From: Candidatus Gottesmanbacteria bacterium UBA6580
GTDB lineage: Bacteria; Patescibacteriota; Microgenomatia; UBA10105; UBA927
DNA: 43,947 bases
NCBI GenBank assembly: GCA_002433895.1
Contig: DJJA01000001.1
Location: 81,438 to 125,384, forward strand
Direction of reading: 5' to 3'
Shown here: positions 12,201 to 24,200 of the stretch, piece after piece
Layout: each line of letters starts with the position of its first letter
Numbering within the stretch: the stretch's first letter is position 1
Notes under the pieces: model-generated
What the model saw: the letters and a program-made list of their open reading frames with translations, nothing else
What the model was told of the DNA's origin: nothing
The model's database searches: none
Position numbers and translations under genes: made by a program

Positions 12201-15200
12201 CAAACGGAAGATTCGCAATACGTTCACGAATGAGATTTTCCGAATAGTTCCACCATCCGAGCCAATTATCAAATGACGGCAAGCCGGCTTCTTCCCCTTC
12301 CTCCGTACCTGCAACAGGTTCAGTTGATAACGGTCGCGATCTTAAGCTAACAATACGAGCTTCAGCCGCTTTTATCTCCTGCTCATACTCATTGAGCAGC
12401 TGGTTCCCAAGCAGTAAGTCTGCCGCAGTATCCAACCACCTACTTATCCTACTATCAGACCGCGTTGTAATCTCTGATCGAATATCATCAAGCGCTTGCT
12501 GCGCCAGTACTGCATCCGTCATGGTAGCAATCGCCGCCAAATCAGCTTTGCGCTGGTCGCGGATAAAGGCGAACACTTCATTAGCTTGCGCCGTATTATT
12601 ACCACGCAATTCTTCACGCACTGCGTTCATGGCAGATCGTCTGGCAAGCCGTGCGGCATCCCGCAACGCACCTACCCGTGGCTCATCGGCTGTTCCGGCA
12701 AGGAGCGCTGCCTGTCTGCTAAAGGCAAGATATCGGATCATATCAAACAAAATTGTATTCAGTGGCTTTCCTGCATCAGCATGATCTGAATTTGGCAAAT
12801 GGTTATTCTCATGCTGCGCAATGGCCGTCACGATTTCTTCCAAAAGGTCTACCGCTTCATTTGTGTTTCCTGAAACTCTTGCCTGCTGCGCGTTCGCAAG
12901 GTATGGCATAATAACGTTTCTTACAAAATCCACACAGTTAGAACATTGCTCGGGGTTCATTTGAGCGCTAATGACCAGTTGCTCTGCTATCGCGCTATTT
13001 CCAGCAAAAAATTCTTGCACCAACACATCAACATCTTCAGGTGCTATACCGCCAACAGGAGCCGCGTCATACGTCGTCGTGGGAATAAGCTGTGTAGTAG
13101 CAACAACAACCGGTGCGCTGACACCATCAATGGATATACTCCATGTGTTTTCGCTTAGCCCCTGGCTTTTGATTATCCCCGGTAGTTCACGGACTTCCCC
13201 CGTCGCGTTCCGGTACTGGGCAACTACCGGCACCCCCACTCCTTCTCTGATGTCCGCCGGCAATACAACCCCTACCAATGTAAAGCCAGTAAGATCAATA
13301 ACGGTCGCGGGGGCTTGCGGGGATCCCGATGTTACCGGCACTTGTACGATGATTGTGCCGGCCGGCTGCTGCAAAGCGGCCAACCGCGCCTCTTCCGTCG
13401 ATATCGCGAGCGCCACCGCATCCATCACATTACTGCCGGAAATTATATCCCGCACAAATCCTGCTCCCGGTGCTACCCCAGCAATCAATGCCCGTTGGAG
13501 ATTTTGCAGCACCGTCAAATTTTGTTGCTCGCGGATGATAATCGGAGAAACCAGATTATTAAATGCTCGTGCTATACCTGCTGCATTTCCCCATAAGGTG
13601 CGGAGATCCAATACCCCGATGCCCACTCCCTGTGCCCGTAGTCCTGCGAAAAACGAGTTGAGCTCCTGTTGTGCCGCAATAAGCGCTGCTGCAGCGTCTG
13701 CCTTTGCTTTTTCTTGTGCAAAAGCCGCTTGTTTTTCCACAAGTGTTTGTTCGAGGGAAACGACCTCATTTTCAACAGATTGTATTTGGCTCTCAATATT
13801 TGCTGGGGTAAGTGCATCGACGGCAGATCTCGCATTATTCATCTCCCGCTCCCGGTCGGCAAATGTTATCCGCGCGAGCCTCGCTGCTTCTTCCCTTTCG
13901 CCCAACACGCTTCCCGCTTGCTGAAGTAGTGACTGCAATTGTGTTAACCGTCCGTTTACATCATCTACGATGACGGGTGCCTGTTGCACTGCTACCTGAT
14001 TAACTGCACGGCGCTGCTCCACGCGGCTGACTATAGCAGCAAACAACACATCTCCCCCTATTCCAAGGTATGGCCTATTGGCATCACGTTTTTGCTGCGC
14101 CAAGTATGCGCCGATATTGGCAGACACCACCGTAGGATTAGTAATATCCAAACCATCTTCATGCATCTTTGCCAACGTCGCTGCCACCCGCATACCAAAA
14201 CTCACGGCAGACGCCCTGTTTTGTACAAATGCTACTCCCGTCATCTCCTGACCATCACTCCTGCGCATTTGCGCGCTAAATTTTGGTATCGCGTTACGGA
14301 ATGCAACCCGCGATTTCGGTACAATCCCCGCCGTTGTTAAGGTTTTATAATATGCAGCTTGACGCGCATAGATAGCATCAAGAATAGCAAGCACTTTCGC
14401 CTGATCCTTATCCGCAAAATACAGCACCATTTTATCCGGACGGGTAACCAAATTAAAGTCAATTGATCCATCATGATACACATTGATCATCTTTGCGGAT
14501 GCATCGATGCCAGCCTGTTGGAGTGCTTCAACGATATCCCTAAATATCAGCGCCGTATATTCATATTCTGTGTTTATATATACTCTTCCTACATGATCGG
14601 CTCCCTGTTCACTTTCCACCGCATGAATACTTCTACCAATAGTTGACTTCGCCCAGTACCCGGAAGGCGCAGAGGTAATCCCCATAATGTTCCGGTTAAA
14701 TGCAACCAGTCGCTTGACCGCCCTCGGTAACATTACTTCATAAAACCCTTGTGTTTCGGTACTTCCCCGGCGCTCAGAATAAAACAGTTTATACAGCAAA
14801 TCATCGAGCGTCAGATCGTTTTGCCCGACATTTGCCAGTGCTAACCGGATCAACGAAGCATAACGGGGATTATTCACGATATCGCGGACAATGACATTCT
14901 GATCCGCTTCATCATACGGTTCTAAAAATTCCGCGTCTTCAAGGTCTAGGGTGTTTTCATTGCCGCCCAATAATGTGTGGTTGATATCGCTCGTGACGGT
15001 AGTGCCTGCCGATCGCCGGGCAGCAATTTCCTGCAGCCGGTTTACTTCTTCACGGAGCGCCGTAACCTGTCGTTGCGCTTCGTTTTCGGCCTCAACGGCA
15101 GCTTGTAATAACCGCTGCGCTTCATCAAAAAGCGGCAGCGACTGTGCATATTGTTGCTGCGCAAGTGCAATAGCTTCTGGTGAATTTGCCGCATTTCTCA

Positions 15201-18200
15201 GCAACACGAGGTCATCACGCCGCTTCCGCGCATTCGCAAGCGCTGTTTCGGCAGCCTGTGCCTCCTGTTGAAGGGTGGTAACGCGCATGATGTGCTGTTG
15301 CTGCACACGCGCAAGCTCCGCCAACTGACTTGCTTCCTCTCCGGGAACCACATTTAACCGTACGGTGGTTCTTGCCAAATTATGTGCCCACATACCCACT
15401 CGAAGCGTGTCATACCCTATCACAAATGGGACAAGTAGCGTCACCAAAAATGCCGGAATCGCGCCAAAAATGCCAGCCCCTCCAAACGCAACACCCAATA
15501 CTCCAACTACCATCGGCAGCACGATAAACCGGGAGAATACATACCCAAGAGCTCCTCTAAACCCATTCGCCGGATTTGCGTTGAAAAACCGTGCAATAAT
15601 ATTGCCATCACTACGAGTCATCGCGTCAAACCATCCATTCAACGTGGGACTACTGGCAATACCACTTGATACCAACCGCGCGCCGTCAAAACCAAGTACG
15701 AGGAGAGCCCGCGTCCCCCAGAAGGGGCCTGGGGTAAGCGCAAATATGGCGCGTGATATCCAGAACATCGCGCGATCCTGCCGTGGTGACGCAGTCAGCA
15801 CCCGGGCGACAAACTGGCTAACCGTCGTCCTCGGTCTGGGTGTAGCAGCACCGGAAGCGGTAATTGCCGCTCCCTCTGCCCACTCGCTTCGGGGAATCCA
15901 CCACACCGTCCGTCCGTTTGGTGCCGACCAGAACCTATTCCACCCGGCCAACCCTTCATCAGCAAACCGTTGGAAGTCATACGCCCACAACGGGGACGAA
16001 ATAGCATGGAGCGGCGGGAAAAATATCGCGGCAACCGTCATAAACGGCCGTGAAATAAGCCAGGCGCGCGCATTATTGCGGGGTGTCGCATTTATCCATG
16101 CTTTAGGTAATACCCATAACTCATACCCGCGTGTCGTCCAATTATCAGGATTTTTTACATATTGTGCCATCGGGATAGCCGGTTGATTGCGGTTTGATAA
16201 TACCCTGCCGATACGGTATACATCCCATCCGATCCGAAGTGGAGCGGAGGCCACAAGTGACGTCGTCCACTGTATGGTTTGCAGTGTCGCACGCACGATA
16301 TTCCAATTGGGGTCTCCGATGGCAAACGGCGTCGCATTCACGGTACTTTCCAGTGCTCCTGTACGGCTTCCGGCGAGAATATTTTTCAACGACTGGGCAA
16401 ACCGCGGCGAATTCATCAGCGGCATTAACCAGTCGCCATGGAAGAAATTCTGGATAGTCGGCACCGTCAGCGCGACGTTTGCGGTCCGTACTCCTGATTC
16501 AACAAGACGGACCGCCGGCTGAAGAAGAATATCGTTTGCAAGAAACCCGATTGCTATCCATGGTTGGCCGACAAAAAATGGCACGATCCGCGTACCACTC
16601 CAAAAAACCAATTGACCAATCTGCTCGCCAGTCGCCCATGGGCCTTGTCCTGTAACGATACGGCTGACAATTTGCCCGAACATACCAAACGGATGCGCCC
16701 CAAGTGACCAATTATACGCAGTCCACACATCTGCCCATGTTGACCGGACTCTCGGCGCTGTTGCTTGGGGTTGGGGAACCGCCGTTTGTCCTCCGATCCG
16801 TTGCCGGATGGCACCAATAACCGCATACGTCGGACCCTGACGGCCAAATACGTTCTGCGCCGCCGCTATGGTTCGTGCTGGAAGTTGTTGCCACCATGCT
16901 CTCGTTGCCGCATTTTGCTTTGCCCGCGCTGCTTGTGCAATTGCTCTATTTACTTCTCTCCGTTGCGCGGCAATGAGATCCGTCATCGGTCTCCGTGTCG
17001 CGTCAGCGAGCCGCTCTTCTACTTCAGACGCCGTACTATTGGGAAGCAAATTATGCAACGCCGCCGCCGCTGTATTCCGGCTTTGTGCCAGACGAGCTTC
17101 CATCTGTTCCGTGGTGATATTGAGAAGATCCCCTTGCCGCATACGCGCCAAGTCGCGGTATCCTGCTTGCTCATACAAAACAATTGCCTCTACTGCTTCG
17201 GAAAGCGCCGCTGCATCCAACGAACTGTTCCCAACCGCCCGCCTGACACGCGCCTCAGCGTCACGTCTGACCGCATTCATAATTGCCTCTGCCGACGCAT
17301 CCGTTATCCCCCACGAGGTAAATTGTTGTGTGGTTGTTTGTATCGTATTGATAGCTTGTTGATAGGTAGGTAACGCGATCGCTCTTGTGTTTACCCCGGA
17401 CCTGATGCGTTCGATGTCTTCCTGTGATAAGGTCACGTCTCCATCCGCAAGATGTAAAACAATTGCATGTATACCATTTAATGAAAGCACCGCGCTTGCT
17501 CCGTCAAAGATAATGTCATGGTTTCCTGCTGCGTCTGTCCATGTTGCTTTGGTTCCTTTTTCGATCGTCACCGCCACCCGATGCGGATCGGTTATCTGTT
17601 TGGTGCCGACCGGCAAACAAGGAGAAGCAGCAACAACACGGATGTGGAATGGGTCATAGACAGCGCACGGTTGTCGGTCACCTGGCACAAACAATCCAAC
17701 AACGACATCATCCGCCCGGATAGCGTTATTGTTTTGGGCGGCAATACGCTCCGGCCGTTGGTTACGGTTTTGATCAATAGATGCTCTCGCCTGGTTAACA
17801 AGGTTTTGATAAAACGTAATTGCGCCCGCGGTTAAGCTCAGTGTGGCGCGGTCGCCCGTAGACAAGGGCCGGGTTGTGGTTGCCCGCTGGGCAATTTCCC
17901 CCGCTCTAGCGCCATTTTGGCTCAGTACTTGACGGGAAACTTCCTGGTTCTGCATCGCCTCCGCCGTGGCTCTCGCTTGTGCGATACGCTTTTGGTCTAC
18001 TGAACCTCCGGTAAATAATGCTTCGCTCGCCTCGGTGACACTTATATTGTGTGCCCTGCGGTATGAAAGGAGATCGCCTTGGAGAAGCGGCGCGTCTTTA
18101 CTCGTGCCCCCTTGCGTGGTGGCATATGCCAATGGATCAATGCCCACCGGCACGTCCAACAACGCGTTTCTGCTGTTTACCATCCGCTCATATATTGCCG

Positions 18201-21200
18201 GAGCGGTCTCCCGTATGACGTTCAAATACGCCTGATTTTCCGGCGCGTCAAACAACCGCTGATAAAAATCAGTTAACTGGGCAAACCGGGAGTTCCGGGC
18301 AGCCAATGTCCGTTGCTGGCTATCCGCTGACACAGTTGTTCTGACGCCCAAACTCGTATCTTCAATCGCCTCGTGGGTCGACATCTCAAGCAACCGGTCA
18401 CTCAACCAATCAGCGACATCGCGCGCGACGGGAGAATCAATCGTGCCAAATGTCATCACACCGTGTGCCAGAGGCCTGCTTGCGGCCAGCTCCATACCAA
18501 GCGTGTTTGCCTGTGCTGACTGATCTTTAGCATACGCATCCTGCACACGGATCGCGTTTTCACGGAAACTCGTAAATTCATCAGGGGTGCCACGAAGTGC
18601 GTCGAGTGTTACACCATCTGCACCAAACGCAACAGCGGTCGATTTTGCCAGCAAGAGATGTTGGTCAGCTAACCCGCCGGTCCTGTCCAAACGGCTCGCT
18701 GCCTGCAACACCAAATATTCAGGCGCAGTATCAGAGGTAAGCAATGCCCCCGGCACACTATCGGGGGTTCTGATATTTCCTCCGGTTGCCGAGCCGCGAT
18801 CCAAAATACTCACGATATCACCGCGCCCTTCGTTTATGTACCACTGGGACACTTCGTCGGTTGTAATTGTTTTATTGGGTAACCCGTCCGCATCCTTAAA
18901 TCCATCGGCGATGGTACCATCGGCATTGAATTTCACTTCGTAAAATGTATCGCCGTTTACTCCCAACACGAATGTTTTATTGGTATTTCCCGTCCGGCGA
19001 ACAATCTCCCGGGCAACTTCAAGTGAACTTAATCCCAAATCGCCGCCCAACGTTATTTTGAGATTGCCATTGGCATTTTTCCCGACACTCGTATCATACA
19101 CACCACGGGCTATTTGCTCAGCGAGCACTCGGACGATATCCTCCTGCCGGGAAATAGTGAACCTGTCAGCGCGCAACCTGCCTTCATCAAATATGCGCCG
19201 TGCCGTTTCACCGTCAACATTGGTCACCATGCGGTACGCGTTAGCCAACACATCATACGCGCTGCCAATGGTTCCGGTGACGCCGCCAACGTGAACGTCG
19301 CCATAGAGGATAACCGCGTCGGCAATAACATCTGCGACCGTTGATTGATACGCTTGTTCGGGAGCCACCGACATCTTGCTTCCCTTGATGGTTTGGAAGC
19401 CTTCGCCGTTTGCCAACGCACCAACGATCTCTGCTACCGGCTGCATGTATTTGTTATATGTCTGTTGCGGACTTGCGACTCCTTCGGAACCCGGGACAGT
19501 AGCGCGGATTCCAAACGCGTTCGTACCACGGAAATAGGCGGTATTAGGAACCATCGTCATAAAGTTGGCGTATGTATTGAGCGAGCCCAACACATCTGCT
19601 GCCCGGGCAGCAGCCTCAACAGAAATCCCCGCATCCCGGAGCGCCGCTTCATACCCGGCTCCGCTCGTGCCCGCGCTATCCCGGATTTCCGATACTTTCC
19701 GAAGTACCCCATCATCAAGTCCGAACTGCCGCTCCAAAGCGGGCAACACCCGGTCTAACGCAGCCTGGGTAAATTTGGCACTCCGTATCAATTGCTGGGT
19801 CACTGACCCATCAGGGTTTGTGCGGGTCACGATGTATCCGTCAGTAAGCGCGGCAACCCCGTTTTCAGATGTTTTCCATGCATCAAATTTACCGTCCTGA
19901 AGGATGCCAAGATCCAAAAGTACTCTTCCGACGTCTTCCCGTGTTGCCAGCAGTATTTCCTCTATCTCCACAGAGTCAATACCATTTGCGGGATTAATCA
20001 TCCTCGTGTTGGTATCGAGCGCCAAATTGAGCTCATCGATACTAAATCCGGTATTTTTAATACTCGATAAATAAGCATGGATGATATCGGCTCGCACCCG
20101 CGGGTTGTCATACTTCATGGTGGCCATATTGCGGACAAACGCCATGTCCTCCGGCTCCACGATCAACACTTTGGCTTTTTCAATCTGGCTGAGTGCTCTG
20201 CTCGTCACTGTCTGATCACCCTGGAACATCTCACTCGACATACGCACTACCGCATCATCTCCCGGATACACGCTTCTGACATAGTCCATCAGCTGCCCCG
20301 CTTGTCCTTTGCGGAACATAATGACTGCTTTGCGATTAAACACTTCGTTATGTATCCGGGAAATAGCCGATACTACCCATGTTTTTCCTCCCGCGGTAGT
20401 AAGCTCGATCGCCGTTCCGTCATTGGAGAGTAAGCCGAAAATAGTCTCGAGTTGCTTTGCGCGGAGCGAACGGAAATCCTGCTCATATATCGTTAACCGG
20501 TATTCCGTGTCCCGGATAATATGCTCAAGTCCAAGTCTGGTTGCTTCATTCAACGAACTAAACATCGAAAGGTTCACTTCTTGGGTTTGCCGGAGTCTTG
20601 CTGCCAAATCTGAGTTACCCAGTTGTTCAGCTTTTGCTATTTGTGTTGCTAAATCAATCTGTTTAAGCGACTTACGTATTTCAATACTTGCCCGCTTAAA
20701 TTCCGGTGTGTCCCGCCCGTACAAACGCTCCAAAGCTGTATCAAGCCTTGTCATTGCTTGCTCATGGCTCCGCAGTATCTGATCCCTGGCTCCCGGTTCA
20801 TCCACCAACCGATGATGCTGTACGATAAGCTCGTCAAACGCCGTCATGACGTCTGCATTAGAGCGTGTCCCAAAAATACTTCTTCTCCCCACCACTACCT
20901 CGCTTACTCCCGCACGGATTTCCTCGATAGAACGGGCTGTTTGATCAGGAAGAATATCCTGGAAATATCCGCGGCTTACTTCTTCAATTTGCGCAAGCCT
21001 CCGTGCACGGGCTTCGGTTAATGGCCCCTCTATACCAGTGCGCGCCGGATCATAACGGTTAAGGATATTGACTGACCTGCGTACCCTATCCATCTCGGCA
21101 CTGGCGTTGTTGAACTCCCGGTACAACGCGACACTTTCTTCTGATACATCTGCCCCCAGCTGTCTATTAATCGCGTCCCGTACCCGGCGGAGCTCCCGCG

Positions 21201-24200
21201 CGGGCGCGTTCTCAGCAGAAAGCGGCGTACGGCTTAGCACTCTTACAGCAAACTCCCGGACCTGGCCGGTAAATGTCCGGGATGTCTCTAACTGTTGGGT
21301 AAACAACGCGACCTGTTCGCTGAAACCGCGGGCTTGTATCTGCCTCGGCAACAGCTCCCGTTGCTCAATTTCTGCAGCCCTATTTGCCCTCAGTTCAGGG
21401 GTCGTCAAGGCGCTCCGCTCAAGCTGCAATTGTTGCACCCGCTCAACAGCGGCAAGCGCAACCCGCGCTACTTCCTCAGCAATTGCAATCCGCTCAGGAG
21501 AGGCGCCTTCAGTACGGAGCAAATCAAGATCATTATTTGCCCGCTGTAACTGATCCTGACGCAATAGCAACTCTAGTGCCACGTTTTCATCAGACTCACC
21601 GAGCAACCGCATCCGTTCCCGTATCGCTTCGATTTCGCGCGCCGTACCCTCCAGGTTGTCACGAGCAGCGTTCCTTCGCGCCGCAATTTCTTTCTGCGCG
21701 TTGGTAAGATTATATTCGCCCGCTGCCTGCTCCATTGAACGGACAGTCCGGATTGCTTCCCGGTATGCCACCGAATCCGGCGCTGAAGTTTGCGATACAT
21801 TACGGAATGTTTCTACCGCCTGCCGGTACCGTTGGATTTCCACGGGTTCACGGCGCAATATACGGTCGACAAGCTGCTCTACCCTACCCCGAGGATCGCG
21901 GACGGTAGAGGCAATTTCTGCATCCGCAACTTGTCGTTGCGCAACGGCGACCGCTTGCCGTGCCGCTTCTACCATTCCTCCGGTAACTATCCGCTCCGTA
22001 AGACCGGCAAACCCTCCAATTGCTTCAGCCGTCCGTACTTCCCCTGCCGGAGTCACGTATCGTTCCCATGTTTTTATCGCGTCAGCAAGCGCGCGTTGTG
22101 CCGGAGTCATCAGCGCTTCATCCTCCGGAGCATTATTTCTAAACTGTGCTGCAATCTGATTTGTTTGTGCAATAGTTTGTGCCATTGCTGCAGTCGCGCC
22201 TCCGAGTTGATTTGCGAGCGTCGTCCGGATTTGGTCAACATTTTGGGCATCTACCACCGTTCCGTCAGACAAAGTCACTGTTCGTGCGGGCGCCACCCGG
22301 CTTAACCGTTCCACATCGCCAGATAACCGCAATCTAACCGCGCCGACATTTTCAGCGGTCACTGCGGTACCATCGGTCAAAGTAACCGTTGTGTCAGCAC
22401 GCACCGTGTCTAATAGTGATAAATTGTTAAGGAGCGAGGCTCGTACGCGCGCAAGATTATTAGCAGTTACCGTCGTACCATCAGTGATGGTGACGGTTTC
22501 TCCAGCTGACACAGACTGAAGGAGCGATAAATCAGTAACGACTACATCCCGCGCAATAAACGGATTTTCTACTCGTGGCGCTTCTGCCCTACTTTGAGCA
22601 ACCGCCGCCTGTCCAAAACCTAACCCTGCCATTGCAATACTCGTAGCACAATTTTCATAACTGGTTTCACCCAATGCTGCGGCACTGCATGCCGTTAAGG
22701 CCTGCGCAGAGTTAACAAATTGATCGGCCCGTGTCACAGCCCGGGTTACATTCGCGCCACCAGTTTGTGACGCGGTAATCGGACCGGTAACCACCCGCGC
22801 AGCCGCAACCAGAGCCATCCCCGCGGACGTAAGACAATCCGCATTAATGCCGTTTTGTGAACATACCTGTACCGCCTGAGCACCGAATACCGTTGCACCC
22901 AACGCGTTTCGTCCCATCTGGATAGCAACTGGCTCAGCCGCGCCGCTATATACGGTTCGCACAAGATTTTGGGCAACGGTATTTGACTGGGTAATCACCG
23001 CCTGCTCAGTCCCTGCTGTCAGGGCTGCCCTGGGCAGCGCCGCAAGTTGTGCCACCGCCTGATCTGCTTTCGGTACCATCCAGGATGTCAGTCTGTTTCC
23101 GGCAACGGCGTTATCTACCGTATCAAGCAGTGTTAACGCTCCGGTATTTGCGCGTTCAATCCGGGCAACTCTGGCAAGTGTTGACACCTGTTGTGATGCG
23201 GGAAGAATCGATGATGCCGCAAATAACGTCATACCCGCAGATTGCGCGCACCCCCATGCATCCATATCTACCCTAGCCGTACATACTTCAGCGGTATCCT
23301 GCAAACTCGACCCGGTCATCTGAATGCTAAGCGCCTCGCCGGCTACGGCGAGTGCTGTTTGCGCACTTATCGCCGTTCCCGCAAGCTGTACCAGCCGCAA
23401 CGCGGGAACCGCAACCATAAGTGTCGTACCCACGGGTTTTGCCGTCATCATGACGGCTCCCCGTGTGTTGTCCCACATTGCCTGACGACACTCGGTCGTG
23501 GTAAACACATTTTTGTCATCGCATTTCGCCTCATCCCACGCAATATTTGCCTGATCGCGAAGCAGCTGTCCTTTGAGCAATCCGCCATTTTCAAATTTAT
23601 TGAGGTCAAGGGCGAGTGCTGCAAGAGTGTCTGTTTTGCGGATATCAGTAAGCAAGTCAGAAGCCCGCTCCATGTTGTATGTACCATCGAGCACCCCATC
23701 GAGCGTTATATCCACTCCTCCGCTCCGCATAAGAAACTGCACATCCTCATCATTCAAAAACGCGGCGAGTTGCTGTTTTTGGTATGTTTCGACTGGTATT
23801 GTTATATTTTGATCTTCTAACTTTTGCTCCATTTTTGCGGTAGCCGCGGCGATGTCTGCCGGATCCAATGAATTAAAATAAGCATTCGCGAGAATATCTG
23901 CCTGAGGACGGCTCGCCTCTTTTAGCTTTTCACTATATTGCTCATAGGCTAACTGCGCGTTGACCGTAGGCCGCGACCGTTCCGCATCATACGCTGCTTT
24001 CGCTTCATCTTTCGCTAACTCAAATGCAGTTTTTGCCTCGGCAAGGTCAAGCTGAAGTTTTCCAACATCCAGCGTCCCTGCAAGCGCTGCTGTTCTCAGC
24101 CATGATGCACCCCCATTTTCCGCGGGAAGGATGGCATCAATTGCTTCTATGTCATAAAGTCCCGCCCGAGCCTTCGTTTCAATGTTCAACGCCGCGGCAT

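Noticed and set aside
18600-20480. Calling this the housekeeping secA gene
   Set aside because: It is an internal, highly divergent domain of a >9,000-aa ORF, so no gene symbol was assigned.
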